32,000 bases of DNA from Clostridia bacterium. GTDB taxonomy: Bacteria; Bacillota; Clostridia; TANB77; CAG-465. Within the stretch, counting starts at the first letter, position 1. Every line of letters starts with the position of its first letter. The position numbers and the translations under genes were made by a program. The notes below the pieces were generated by a model. The model saw nothing but the letters and a program-made list of their open reading frames with translations. It ran no database searches and had not been told where the DNA came from. The DNA lies in contig JAOAHC010000001.1 of the NCBI GenBank assembly GCA_026415435.1, forward strand, positions 36,273-68,272, in the 5' to 3' direction. Of this stretch, positions 1 to 7,590 are shown piece by piece.

Positions 1-74
1 TTTCATATTTGTAAAGAAGTAAATATAATCTCAAAAAGTAATAATATTAATTAAAATTTATTGGAGGATTTACT

Positions 75-650
75 ATGCGGTTATTTATTAATGTAGAAAG
101 ATTTAATGTAGAGAAGTTTACTGATGATAAAATAGCTATTAATCTATTAAATACTGAGAATAAAACGGTTAGACTTGTATTACCAATAAGCTTAGAAATT
201 TTTAATCAAAATAAAAAATATTCTTTTACTTTATATAATGTGAGTTTAGATAAGAATAATAATAATGAACTCATATTCAAAAAAATAAAAAAAACAAAAG
301 AAAATAGAAGTGAAATATATATTCTTATCCAATCGACTAATGTTGTTCCAGATGATGTCATTATTGCGTCTAATATGGTTGATAAAGTAGATATTCTTCA
401 GAAGTTTATTATTCCATCCTCTGAAGTAGATTATGGAGATTATATGTCCAATATTTACTTGTTAAAACTAAGGTTAAACAGTAATGAGACTTTTCCTATA
501 TACCTTACTTCTGAAAACTCTTTTTGCCTAACAGATCATTTTGTATTTTATAGGGTAAGTGGGGAAAAAATAAAATTTGATTTATTTAAAACATATATAA
601 TACTAAATAAGAGAAATAGAAAAGACTACATTTCTCTTTCAAAAATATAA
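75..650 (+). CDS. hypothetical protein (191 aa), no recognisable domain
   Basis: ORF with GGAGG (63-67) 7 nt upstream of the ATG. It is followed immediately by a perfect palindromic terminator. Asn/Lys/Ile-rich; no motif I can assign. Confidence 0.6.
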   Translation: MRLFINVERFNVEKFTDDKIAINLLNTENKTVRLVLPISLEIFNQNKKYSFTLYNVSLDKNNNNELIFKKIKKTKENRSEIYILIQSTNVVPDDVIIASNMVDKVDILQKFIIPSSEVDYGDYMSNIYLLKLRLNSNETFPIYLTSENSFCLTDHFVFYRVSGEKIKFDLFKTYIILNKRNRKDYISLSKI

Positions 651-654
651 TTGA

Positions 655-697
655 TTAACAGGATATCTAAATATTTAGATATCCTGTTAATTTTATA
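655..697 (+). terminator. rho-independent terminator
   Basis: Perfect 36-nt palindrome TTAACAGGATATCTAAAT/ATTTAGATATCCTGTTAA (655-690) followed by TTTT. Confidence 0.8.
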
Positions 698-760
698 TAT
701 CAATATAATAGTAAAGAGATGTATAAAATTATATAAACTTCGAAAAAAGTTAACATAAAA

Positions 761-789
761 TTGACATATGTGAATATATGTGATATAAT
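761..789 (+). promoter_or_regulatory. sigma-A type promoter (consensus -35, extended -10)
   Basis: TTGACA (761-766), 17-nt spacer, TGaTATAAT (781-789). Lies about 90 nt upstream of the 879 ATG. Confidence 0.7.
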
Positions 790-878
790 ACAAAAAATAT
801 AATAGTCAAATGCATTTAAAATTAGTATGCATAGTATAAAAAATATAATTATTAATTTTATACAAGGAGGAATTAAAA

Positions 879-1643
879 ATGGAAAATATTTCTTTTGTAG
901 ATTTTTGGAACATAACTGAGGAAGGATTCTACAAATTTTGTGATCGAATAAGCCGGAGATACATTTATGTAAAATCCTATGAAGGAAGAATTTTGGAAAT
1001 TGAGGATGCAAACTTTAATACTATTCAAGAAATGGCAGGTTTTGTTATGGGATGCTTTAATAGCAAATCAAATGTAAGGTATAGAGTTTCTGAAGCAATA
1101 TTAGGTAAAGTTAAAAATGATAATATTGAAAAGATTATTTTTAAATTTAACAAACTTGAGATCACTGTAACTCCAGCCACATCTGTCGAAGAAATTGCTG
1201 ATCAGTTGAATAAGGGTTATGAGGTTATAGCTGAAAAAAGTATAGCTAAAGTAGAATCATATAAAACTACACCGCAATATGCACTTGAATTGGAAGAGAA
1301 AGAAAGATGTAATAGAGAAGTGCTCCACATTGATGAAAGTACCTGCATGGAGTTTAAAAATGAAAATGCAAGGAGAGAATGGGACGAATTAAGTTGTAAA
1401 AATGATGAATTATCTAAAGTATGCATCTTCCTGAGAAGATGGGCAAAGGTAATGCAGTTAAAAATTCTTTCGGGTAAAAACTTTACTGATTTTGCAGCAA
1501 TCACCTATGAAGAGGCTTCCATTGAAAAAAATATAACTTTAAATGCGGCATATATCATGGTATATCTTCTTTCTAAATACTGGAAATACGGAGATGAATT
1601 ACTTAAATGGTATGGCAAAAGTTATTATAATAATTCTATATAA
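879..1643 (+). CDS. hypothetical protein (254 aa), no recognisable domain
   Basis: ORF with AAGGAGG (864-870) 8 nt upstream of the ATG. It has its own consensus promoter and terminator. Confidence 0.65.
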   Translation: MENISFVDFWNITEEGFYKFCDRISRRYIYVKSYEGRILEIEDANFNTIQEMAGFVMGCFNSKSNVRYRVSEAILGKVKNDNIEKIIFKFNKLEITVTPATSVEEIADQLNKGYEVIAEKSIAKVESYKTTPQYALELEEKERCNREVLHIDESTCMEFKNENARREWDELSCKNDELSKVCIFLRRWAKVMQLKILSGKNFTDFAAITYEEASIEKNITLNAAYIMVYLLSKYWKYGDELLKWYGKSYYNNSI

Positions 1644-1660
1644 AATGTATTTAAAAACAA

Positions 1661-1702
1661 AAACCTGTATGGTGTAATTTCACCATACAGGTTTATTCTT
1701 TT
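1661..1702. terminator. bidirectional rho-independent terminator between convergent genes
   Basis: Perfect 14-bp stem AAACCTGTATGGTG / CACCATACAGGTTT with loop TAATTT. An A-run lies upstream and a T-rich tract downstream. Confidence 0.8.
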
Positions 1703-1703
1703 A

Positions 1704-2657
1704 CTAAACTCTATTTGTTATTTCTTCCATAAGTAATAAGTAGTTCCATTTTTTATCTACTTCTTTTTGCATTTCTTCAATCATCCATTCATTACCTTCA
1801 TTAAATATATGTCTAAATCTTTTTTGTGGTCTTAAAAACTCTTCAATAGGTAACTTTTTAGCAGGCTTATATGTAACTTTATAAACTCCATTTACAACTT
1901 CATATAGTGGCCAGAAACAAGTATCTACTGCAAGTTTAGAGATTACTGCAAGTTCTTCTGTTGGATATACCCAACCTCTAGGACAAGGAGAAAGCACAGA
2001 TAAGTATGTAGGACCATCAGTATATATTGCTTTTTCACTTTTTTCAGTTAAGTCTTTTAAGTTAAATACAAGTGCTGTTTGTGCTACATATGGTATATTA
2101 TGTTTTACCATTATTTCAGTTAAATCTTTTCTTTGTTGCAGTTTACCAGGTATTACTTTACCTGCAGGTGAAGTAGTTGTATCTGCAAAGTGCGGAGTAG
2201 AAGATGAACGCTGTGTTCCAGTATTCATATATGCTCCATTATCATAACACACATAAGTTATATTGTGTCCTCTTTCCATTGCACCTGAAAGTGATTGAAA
2301 TCCAATATCTAGAGTACCTCCATCACCAGCAAATGCTATGAATTTAGTCTCTATATCTGTTTTCAATTTGCCAGATTTTTTCATAGAATTATATGCTTTT
2401 TCAGCTCCAGATAAAGTTGCAGCAGCATTTTCAAAAGCTGTATGTATAAATGAACAGTTTTTCCATGATGTATATGGATATATACATGATGAAACTTCTA
2501 AACATCCAGTGGCAGCTGACACAACTGCGTTATCTTCTTCTTTTAAAGCTCTAAGTACACCTCTTATTGTAGGTGGAGCTCCACATCCAGCACACATTCT
2601 ATGACCGCTTACAAATCTAGACTCTTTATTTACTATTTCTTTTATATTATATGCCAT
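1704..2657 (-). CDS. porB: 2-oxoacid (probably pyruvate):ferredoxin oxidoreductase, beta (TPP-binding) subunit
   Basis: N-terminal CAGCG motif. TPP-binding signature FAGDGGTLDIGFQSLSGAMERGHNITYVCYDNGAYMNTG. GGAGG RBS. Last gene of a gamma-delta-alpha-beta operon. Confidence 0.85.
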   Translation of the reverse strand: MAYNIKEIVNKESRFVSGHRMCAGCGAPPTIRGVLRALKEEDNAVVSAATGCLEVSSCIYPYTSWKNCSFIHTAFENAAATLSGAEKAYNSMKKSGKLKTDIETKFIAFAGDGGTLDIGFQSLSGAMERGHNITYVCYDNGAYMNTGTQRSSSTPHFADTTTSPAGKVIPGKLQQRKDLTEIMVKHNIPYVAQTALVFNLKDLTEKSEKAIYTDGPTYLSVLSPCPRGWVYPTEELAVISKLAVDTCFWPLYEVVNGVYKVTYKPAKKLPIEEFLRPQKRFRHIFNEGNEWMIEEMQKEVDKKWNYLLLMEEITNRV

Positions 2658-2670
2658 ATTAAAACCTCCT

Positions 2671-3846
2671 TTATTCCTCTACATTAAGATAATGTTTAAC
2701 TTGATCTATTTTTCCTGAACTAGCTATTTGTAATAGTTTTTCATACACAGTTAGTATATCATCAGTTTTAACATCACGTCCACCAAGACCATAAACATAG
2801 TTTATAGTTGGTATATCTAATTTTGCTGTATACATTGCTGATGTAATTTCTGAAAATAGTGGTCCAGAATACGCATTAATGCTATCAGCTTTATCCATTA
2901 TAGCTAAAGCTTTTAGATTTTTTAATTCGTTAGTTATTTCAACATATGGAAGAGGTCTAAATGCTCGAGGTTTTAAAAGACCTGCTTTTACTCCTTTAGC
3001 TCTTAATTCATCTACAGTATCTTTTGCTGTACCAGCAGATGAGTTTAAAATAACTATTCCAACTTCTGCATCATCAAGCATATATTTTTCATATAAGCCA
3101 TAGTTTCTACCAGTTACTTTCGCAAACTCACTAGATACTTCTTTAATTATTTCTTTTGATTCAACCATAGCGTCAGCAAGTTGCTTTCTAAATTCAAAGA
3201 ATGAATCTTGAAGAGCAAGAGGGCCCATAGATATATTTCTATCTGGATTTAATAGATATTCTTCTGGAGTATATTCACCAATAAAGTTTTTAACTTCTTC
3301 ATCTTCCATCAAAAGTATATTTTCAACAGAGTGTGATGTTATAAAGCCATCATAACATACCATAACAGGTAGTTTAGCTCTCTCAGCTATTTTAACTGCC
3401 ATTATTGTATTATCATATGCTTCTTGATTATTTTCACAATATAGTTGAATAAATCCTGTATCTCTTGCACCCATTGAATCAGAATGGTCATTATGTATAT
3501 TTATTGGCGCAGATATTGCTCTATTTGCATCAATAAGTATAATAGGTAGTCTCATACCTGCGGCAATATTTAACATTTCCCACATATATGCTAAACCTTG
3601 TGATGAAGTTGCAGTCATAACTCTACCACCTGCGGCTGAAGCCCCAATACATGCAGACATAGCACTATGTTCACTTTCAACTGGAATAAATTCAGTTGAG
3701 ACAGTACCATTTGCTACGAAGTTTGAAAAATATTGAGGTATTTCAGTAGATGGTGTAATAGGATAAGCCGCGACAACATCTGGATTTATTTGTTTCATAG
3801 CGGTAGCAACCGCTTCATTTCCACTTAATCTTTCTCTTATAGCCAT
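2671..3846 (-). CDS. porA: 2-oxoacid (probably pyruvate):ferredoxin oxidoreductase, alpha subunit
   Basis: N-terminus LSGNEAVATAMKQINPDVVAAYPITPSTEI is typical of POR/KOR alpha subunits. At 391 aa the size fits PorA. AAGGAGG RBS. Confidence 0.85.
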   Translation of the reverse strand: MAIRERLSGNEAVATAMKQINPDVVAAYPITPSTEIPQYFSNFVANGTVSTEFIPVESEHSAMSACIGASAAGGRVMTATSSQGLAYMWEMLNIAAGMRLPIILIDANRAISAPINIHNDHSDSMGARDTGFIQLYCENNQEAYDNTIMAVKIAERAKLPVMVCYDGFITSHSVENILLMEDEEVKNFIGEYTPEEYLLNPDRNISMGPLALQDSFFEFRKQLADAMVESKEIIKEVSSEFAKVTGRNYGLYEKYMLDDAEVGIVILNSSAGTAKDTVDELRAKGVKAGLLKPRAFRPLPYVEITNELKNLKALAIMDKADSINAYSGPLFSEITSAMYTAKLDIPTINYVYGLGGRDVKTDDILTVYEKLLQIASSGKIDQVKHYLNVEE

Positions 3847-3858
3847 TTCATATCCTCC

Positions 3859-4128
3859 TTAAACATCCGATTTCATTTCTATTGCATCAAATGGACATAC
3901 TTTTGCACATACTCCACAACCTTTGCAATATTGTAAATCCATACCCAATAACTTTGCATCTTCAGTATGTCTTATACAGTCTTCTGGACAATATACAACA
4001 CATAGCATGCAGTGTTTACATTTTTCTTTAAGATGAACAGGATATCTTATTCTCCAGTCACCAGTTTTTAAATCTAAGGAATTTCCATCTTTAGTTATCA
4101 TTCCGGCTAAACTAAATTTTTTACTCAT
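3859..4128 (-). CDS. porD: 2-oxoacid:ferredoxin oxidoreductase, delta subunit (2x[4Fe-4S] ferredoxin-like)
   Basis: Two Cys clusters, CKHCMLCVVYCP and CKGCGVCAKVCP. 89 aa. Positioned between the gamma and alpha subunits. Confidence 0.85.
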   Translation of the reverse strand: MSKKFSLAGMITKDGNSLDLKTGDWRIRYPVHLKEKCKHCMLCVVYCPEDCIRHTEDAKLLGMDLQYCKGCGVCAKVCPFDAIEMKSDV

Positions 4129-4131
4129 ATT

Positions 4132-4701
4132 CTAACCTCCTATGACTTCATCATATGCTCTTTTTATAGCTTGCATATTAGGTTCAATTACTTCAGGTTT
4201 TCTAGAAAATTTATGCTTAAATGATTCTAACATATTTTCTAAAAGATCTTCTTTATTCATTATTTTAGTAATATTTACAATAGCAGCAAGTAAAGAAGTA
4301 TTAGGATAATTTGCTTTTAAACATTCATTACTTATTTTTGAAGCATCAATAGTATATACTCTACCTTTAAAATTACCAAGCTTTTCTCTTATTTTCTCTA
4401 TATTTTCAGCAGTATTTACTAATACAGCTCCACCTTCTTTTAAGCCTTTTAATAGGTCAACAGCCCCAATTAAAGAATCATCAACAACTACAACATAATC
4501 TGGTTCATAAACATTTGAATGTATTCTAATTTCTGTTTCACTTATTCTGTTATATGCTGTCATCGGAGCTCCCATTCTTTCAGGTCCATATTCAGGGAAA
4601 CCTTGTATAAATTTTCCTGTATTAAATGCAGCGTCAGCAAGTAGTAAAGATGCTGTTTTAGCTCCTTGACCACCACGTCCGTGCCATCTTATTTCTATCA
4701 T
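4132..4701 (-). CDS. porC: 2-oxoacid:ferredoxin oxidoreductase, gamma subunit
   Basis: MIEIRWHGRGGQGAKTASLLLADAAF matches the gamma-subunit GRGGQG motif. I chose the start at 4701 rather than the ORF-track 4737. AAGGAGGGG lies 6-7 nt upstream of the 4701 ATG, and the predicted promoter would place the transcription start downstream of 4737. Confidence 0.8.
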   Translation of the reverse strand: MIEIRWHGRGGQGAKTASLLLADAAFNTGKFIQGFPEYGPERMGAPMTAYNRISETEIRIHSNVYEPDYVVVVDDSLIGAVDLLKGLKEGGAVLVNTAENIEKIREKLGNFKGRVYTIDASKISNECLKANYPNTSLLAAIVNITKIMNKEDLLENMLESFKHKFSRKPEVIEPNMQAIKRAYDEVIGG

Positions 4702-4724
4702 AAAACCCCTCCTTATATATTTAT

Positions 4725-4753
4725 AGTATATATCCAAAAACTAATATAGTCAA
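4725..4753 (-). promoter_or_regulatory. candidate sigma-A promoter of the por operon
   Basis: On the minus strand: TTGACT (4753-4748), 17-nt spacer, TATACT (4730-4725). It sits just upstream of the RBS for the 4701 start. Confidence 0.5.
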
Positions 4754-4912
4754 GTAAAAAACAAAAAAACAGATATATGCTATTTATATGATAATTCTAA
4801 GAAAAAAATAATTTATTAGCAATATAAAAAATAGTATAGTAACATTATTATAATAGGGGCATATTTTGTATATAGGACTATATATAACTATTTTAAAATT
4901 GGGGTGATACAA

Positions 4913-5497
4913 ATGTACTATGACAAATGTAATCAATATGATGGTGGAAAAATACCCCCATGTAGTGAGTTTCTAGGTAATGTAGATACGATAATTAAGG
5001 ATAATAGATTGATTTACAGAAATGAAAACAGAATATTCTATTTCATAAGTACATCAGCGACAAAAAAAAATTCTGGAAATAAATGCTCTCTTGGAAGTTC
5101 AAGTACACTTACTAATTTACAAGTAAGTTTAGCTACATTTTTAATAGGATTATATATTAATGAGATTCAAATTGGAAATATTGAGCATAAAAAAGAAAAT
5201 GATATACATTTTGATAAAGAATCAAATGATTTTATTAATAAGACTTTAAATCAAATGCCTGAAGTAATAGTAGACTATACACCATCATTATCAATAGTAG
5301 TATCTAATTCAAATGCTATACTTTCATTATATACGAAGACAATAACAATAACGCCATTAAATTATTATATCCTATTCATGCTAAATAGAATGGAAAATAA
5401 TCCTGGATTATTTTTTGGAAATAATGCTTTTGTAACAGATGATCCTATTAATTTTTGTTTGGCATCATTAGAAATTAATTTTCCTTTCAATAGTTAG
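4913..5497 (+). CDS. hypothetical protein (~194 aa)
   Basis: The ORF track starts at GTG 4904. The ATG at 4913 is preceded by GGGGTGA at suitable spacing, so I prefer it. No motif assigned. Divergent from the por operon. Confidence 0.5.
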   Translation: MYYDKCNQYDGGKIPPCSEFLGNVDTIIKDNRLIYRNENRIFYFISTSATKKNSGNKCSLGSSSTLTNLQVSLATFLIGLYINEIQIGNIEHKKENDIHFDKESNDFINKTLNQMPEVIVDYTPSLSIVVSNSNAILSLYTKTITITPLNYYILFMLNRMENNPGLFFGNNAFVTDDPINFCLASLEINFPFNS

Positions 5498-5563
5498 TAT
5501 TGTGAAAACTAGCTCATATAATTTATATGTGATTAAAAAATCAAATTAATATTTAATAATAAC

Positions 5564-5592
5564 TTGAAATAAAACAGAATTTGTATTATTAT
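5564..5592 (+). promoter_or_regulatory. candidate promoter for def
   Basis: TTGAAA (5564-5569), 17-nt spacer, TATTAT (5587-5592). Such matches are common in AT-rich DNA. Confidence 0.35.
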
Positions 5593-5609
5593 AGTTATTA
5601 GGTGATGAT

Positions 5610-6158
5610 ATGTCAGGTAAAGTATTAAAACTAAGAGAAATAGGAGACCCTATATTAAAACAAGTATGTAAGCAAGTATATATATCTAAAAAAGATAAAA
5701 AAGTAAAAGAAGTTATGGCAAACTTGAAAACCACTTTTGAATATGTTGGAGGTTTTGGAATAGCTGCTCCTCAAATAGGCGAAGATTTAAGAATAATAGT
5801 TATAGGTGTGGACAAGGAAAAATGTAGATATGAGGGAGCAGAAGATGTACCTACAACTGTTATGATAAACCCTGTTATATCTATATTAGATGAAGAAAAA
5901 ACTCTAGACTATGAAGGTTGTTTTAGCGTGCCTGTTATACGTGGACAAGTTGGTAGATATAAAAAAATAAAGGTGGATTTTTATGATGAAAAATATAAAT
6001 CTCAGAGTTGGACTGTAGAGGGGTATACTGCAAGACTTATACAACATGAATGTGACCATTTAGATGGTATAGTTTTTATGCAAAAAGTAGAAGACATGGC
6101 AGGCGTGACTACGATAGATAATTTAAATAATTTTATAAAAAATGACAAAGGAAAATAG
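5610..6158 (+). CDS. def: peptide deformylase
   Basis: All three deformylase motifs are present: GIAAPQIG, EGCFSVP and HECDHLDG. AGGTGA RBS. Confidence 0.9.
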   Translation: MSGKVLKLREIGDPILKQVCKQVYISKKDKKVKEVMANLKTTFEYVGGFGIAAPQIGEDLRIIVIGVDKEKCRYEGAEDVPTTVMINPVISILDEEKTLDYEGCFSVPVIRGQVGRYKKIKVDFYDEKYKSQSWTVEGYTARLIQHECDHLDGIVFMQKVEDMAGVTTIDNLNNFIKNDKGK

Positions 6159-6163
6159 ATATA

Positions 6164-7534
6164 ATGAATAAAATAAAGAATTTTTTTAAGTTTGCACAAC
6201 ATATAGTACATGAATCGCTAGTTTTATCTGTAAAATATATATTTGTCGGCATATATTTTATAATACTAACGGTTTTAGTTAATAGATTTAATATATCTGA
6301 TCTTACATATTTTAATGGAGTATTTGCGATACTCATATTTTCAGATATAATAGGTTATGGTATTGGTTCGGGAATTTCAATATATATAAATCAAAATATA
6401 AATAATAAAGAGGTAGTTAAAAAGCATATAAAGCTATCCTTAATTATAGCTAGTGTATTTGCAGTATTGTTTACACTAATTATAATAATTTTCAAAGACT
6501 ACTTGTTCTCAAAAATTATAGTTGTTGAAATAACTGATGGATATAAGTTTTTCTATACAATGGTACCAGTAATATTTTTAAATATAATAATATCATATTT
6601 TGAAGATATCTTAAAAATACTTAAAGAATTTAAAATGCAGTTAATTTTGGAAGTAATAAAAAATGTCATAATATTGCTAGGAATACTATTAATAGTACTT
6701 ACAGGAAATTTAAATATTTACCATATTTCGGCTTTCTATACTTTATCATTTATAGTTATGATACCTATAATCATATATGTATTTAAGTATAGAACTAAAG
6801 TTATAAATATTGATTTACTTAAACTAAATCAAATAAAGTCAACAAAAGATATTGCTGTAATTAAAACTTTAGCTATGATTGTAGCTAAAGAGGTAGCATG
6901 GAACATAGGTTATACACTTAGTGCCTTAATTCTACTTAAAAAAAGTGAGCTTTTATATAATTCATACAACTATTTTGAAAATATATTAGATGTATGTGTA
7001 GGACTATATTTTTCAGTAATAAATGTATCATGTATTTCAGTATGTAGAGACCTTGGAAAAAAAGATTTTGAAAAAGCATATAAAGAAGGAAAATATGTAA
7101 TAGATCTTACATTTTTAATGTGGTGTTTCTTAGCAATTTTATACATTGTATTTAGACCAATTATATTATCAGGTATGAATATAGAGATATCAAGTACTGG
7201 AGATAAAATTGCATATATATACTTGCTTATACAATTATTTAGATATATAGATTGGACATTAAACTCATATTTGCTTACTCTTGGCGGTAAAGCTAAGCTA
7301 CCATTTATACTAGATGTACTAAGTTTAGTATATTTTGTAATACTATTTGTAGTATCAGATTACATACCAAGCAACGATTATTTACTTATATTTTTAGTTG
7401 GATTTGATTCGTTTGTTAAAATGATAATTAATTTAGGAGTATTTAAAAGTAAAGTATGGCTGGCAAATGTAAGTGAAGAAGATCTTGAATTAGAAGGATA
7501 TGAGTGTAGTAATTTGTCGTACGAAAATGATTGA
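6164..7534 (+). CDS. polytopic membrane protein, MATE/MOP-superfamily-like (456 aa)
   Basis: About 12 hydrophobic segments, a size typical of MATE transporters, and a GYGIGSGISIYINQ-type segment after TM2. Family call made by eye only. Confidence 0.4.
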   Translation: MNKIKNFFKFAQHIVHESLVLSVKYIFVGIYFIILTVLVNRFNISDLTYFNGVFAILIFSDIIGYGIGSGISIYINQNINNKEVVKKHIKLSLIIASVFAVLFTLIIIIFKDYLFSKIIVVEITDGYKFFYTMVPVIFLNIIISYFEDILKILKEFKMQLILEVIKNVIILLGILLIVLTGNLNIYHISAFYTLSFIVMIPIIIYVFKYRTKVINIDLLKLNQIKSTKDIAVIKTLAMIVAKEVAWNIGYTLSALILLKKSELLYNSYNYFENILDVCVGLYFSVINVSCISVCRDLGKKDFEKAYKEGKYVIDLTFLMWCFLAILYIVFRPIILSGMNIEISSTGDKIAYIYLLIQLFRYIDWTLNSYLLTLGGKAKLPFILDVLSLVYFVILFVVSDYIPSNDYLLIFLVGFDSFVKMIINLGVFKSKVWLANVSEEDLELEGYECSNLSYEND

Positions 7535-7537
7535 TAT

Positions 7538-7590
7538 AATGTATATTTCATGATAAAATATATTCATGAAATATACATTTTTTTCTTTTA
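7538..7590 (+). terminator. rho-independent terminator overlapping the comEC start codon
   Basis: Perfect 13-bp stem GTATATTTCATGA (7541-7553) / TCATGAAATATAC (7564-7576), extendable by flanking A-T pairs. 10-nt loop. Followed by A then T7 (7578-7584) C TTTT. Confidence 0.7.

Noticed and set aside
700-1011. 103-aa minus-strand ORF spanning the promoter region and 5' end of the 879-1643 gene
   Set aside because: No RBS. It overlaps a consensus promoter and a well-supported plus-strand CDS. The Ile/Leu/Phe-rich composition is typical of AT-rich shadow frames.
1217-1504. Antisense and overlapping ORFs inside well-supported genes: 1217-1504, 2338-2604, 2879-3103, 5546-5734, 6002-6211, 6133-6336, 9545-9736, 11715-11912, 14948-15241, 15268-15489, 17964-18365, 21153-21560, 21762-22124, 23985-24176, 24531-24737, 24953-25285, 26909-27109, 28022-28501
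   Set aside because: All lie inside or opposite CDSs that carry clear family motifs or strong RBSs. They lack Shine-Dalgarno sequences and have low-complexity shadow-frame composition.
4702-4737. ORF-track N-terminal extensions: porC 4702-4737, clpE 19361-19414, 26806-26832, 4904-4912, 10720-10728
   Set aside because: In each case a downstream ATG has a proper Shine-Dalgarno sequence at 5-11 nt. The upstream start has none, or lies within or upstream of the predicted -10 element.
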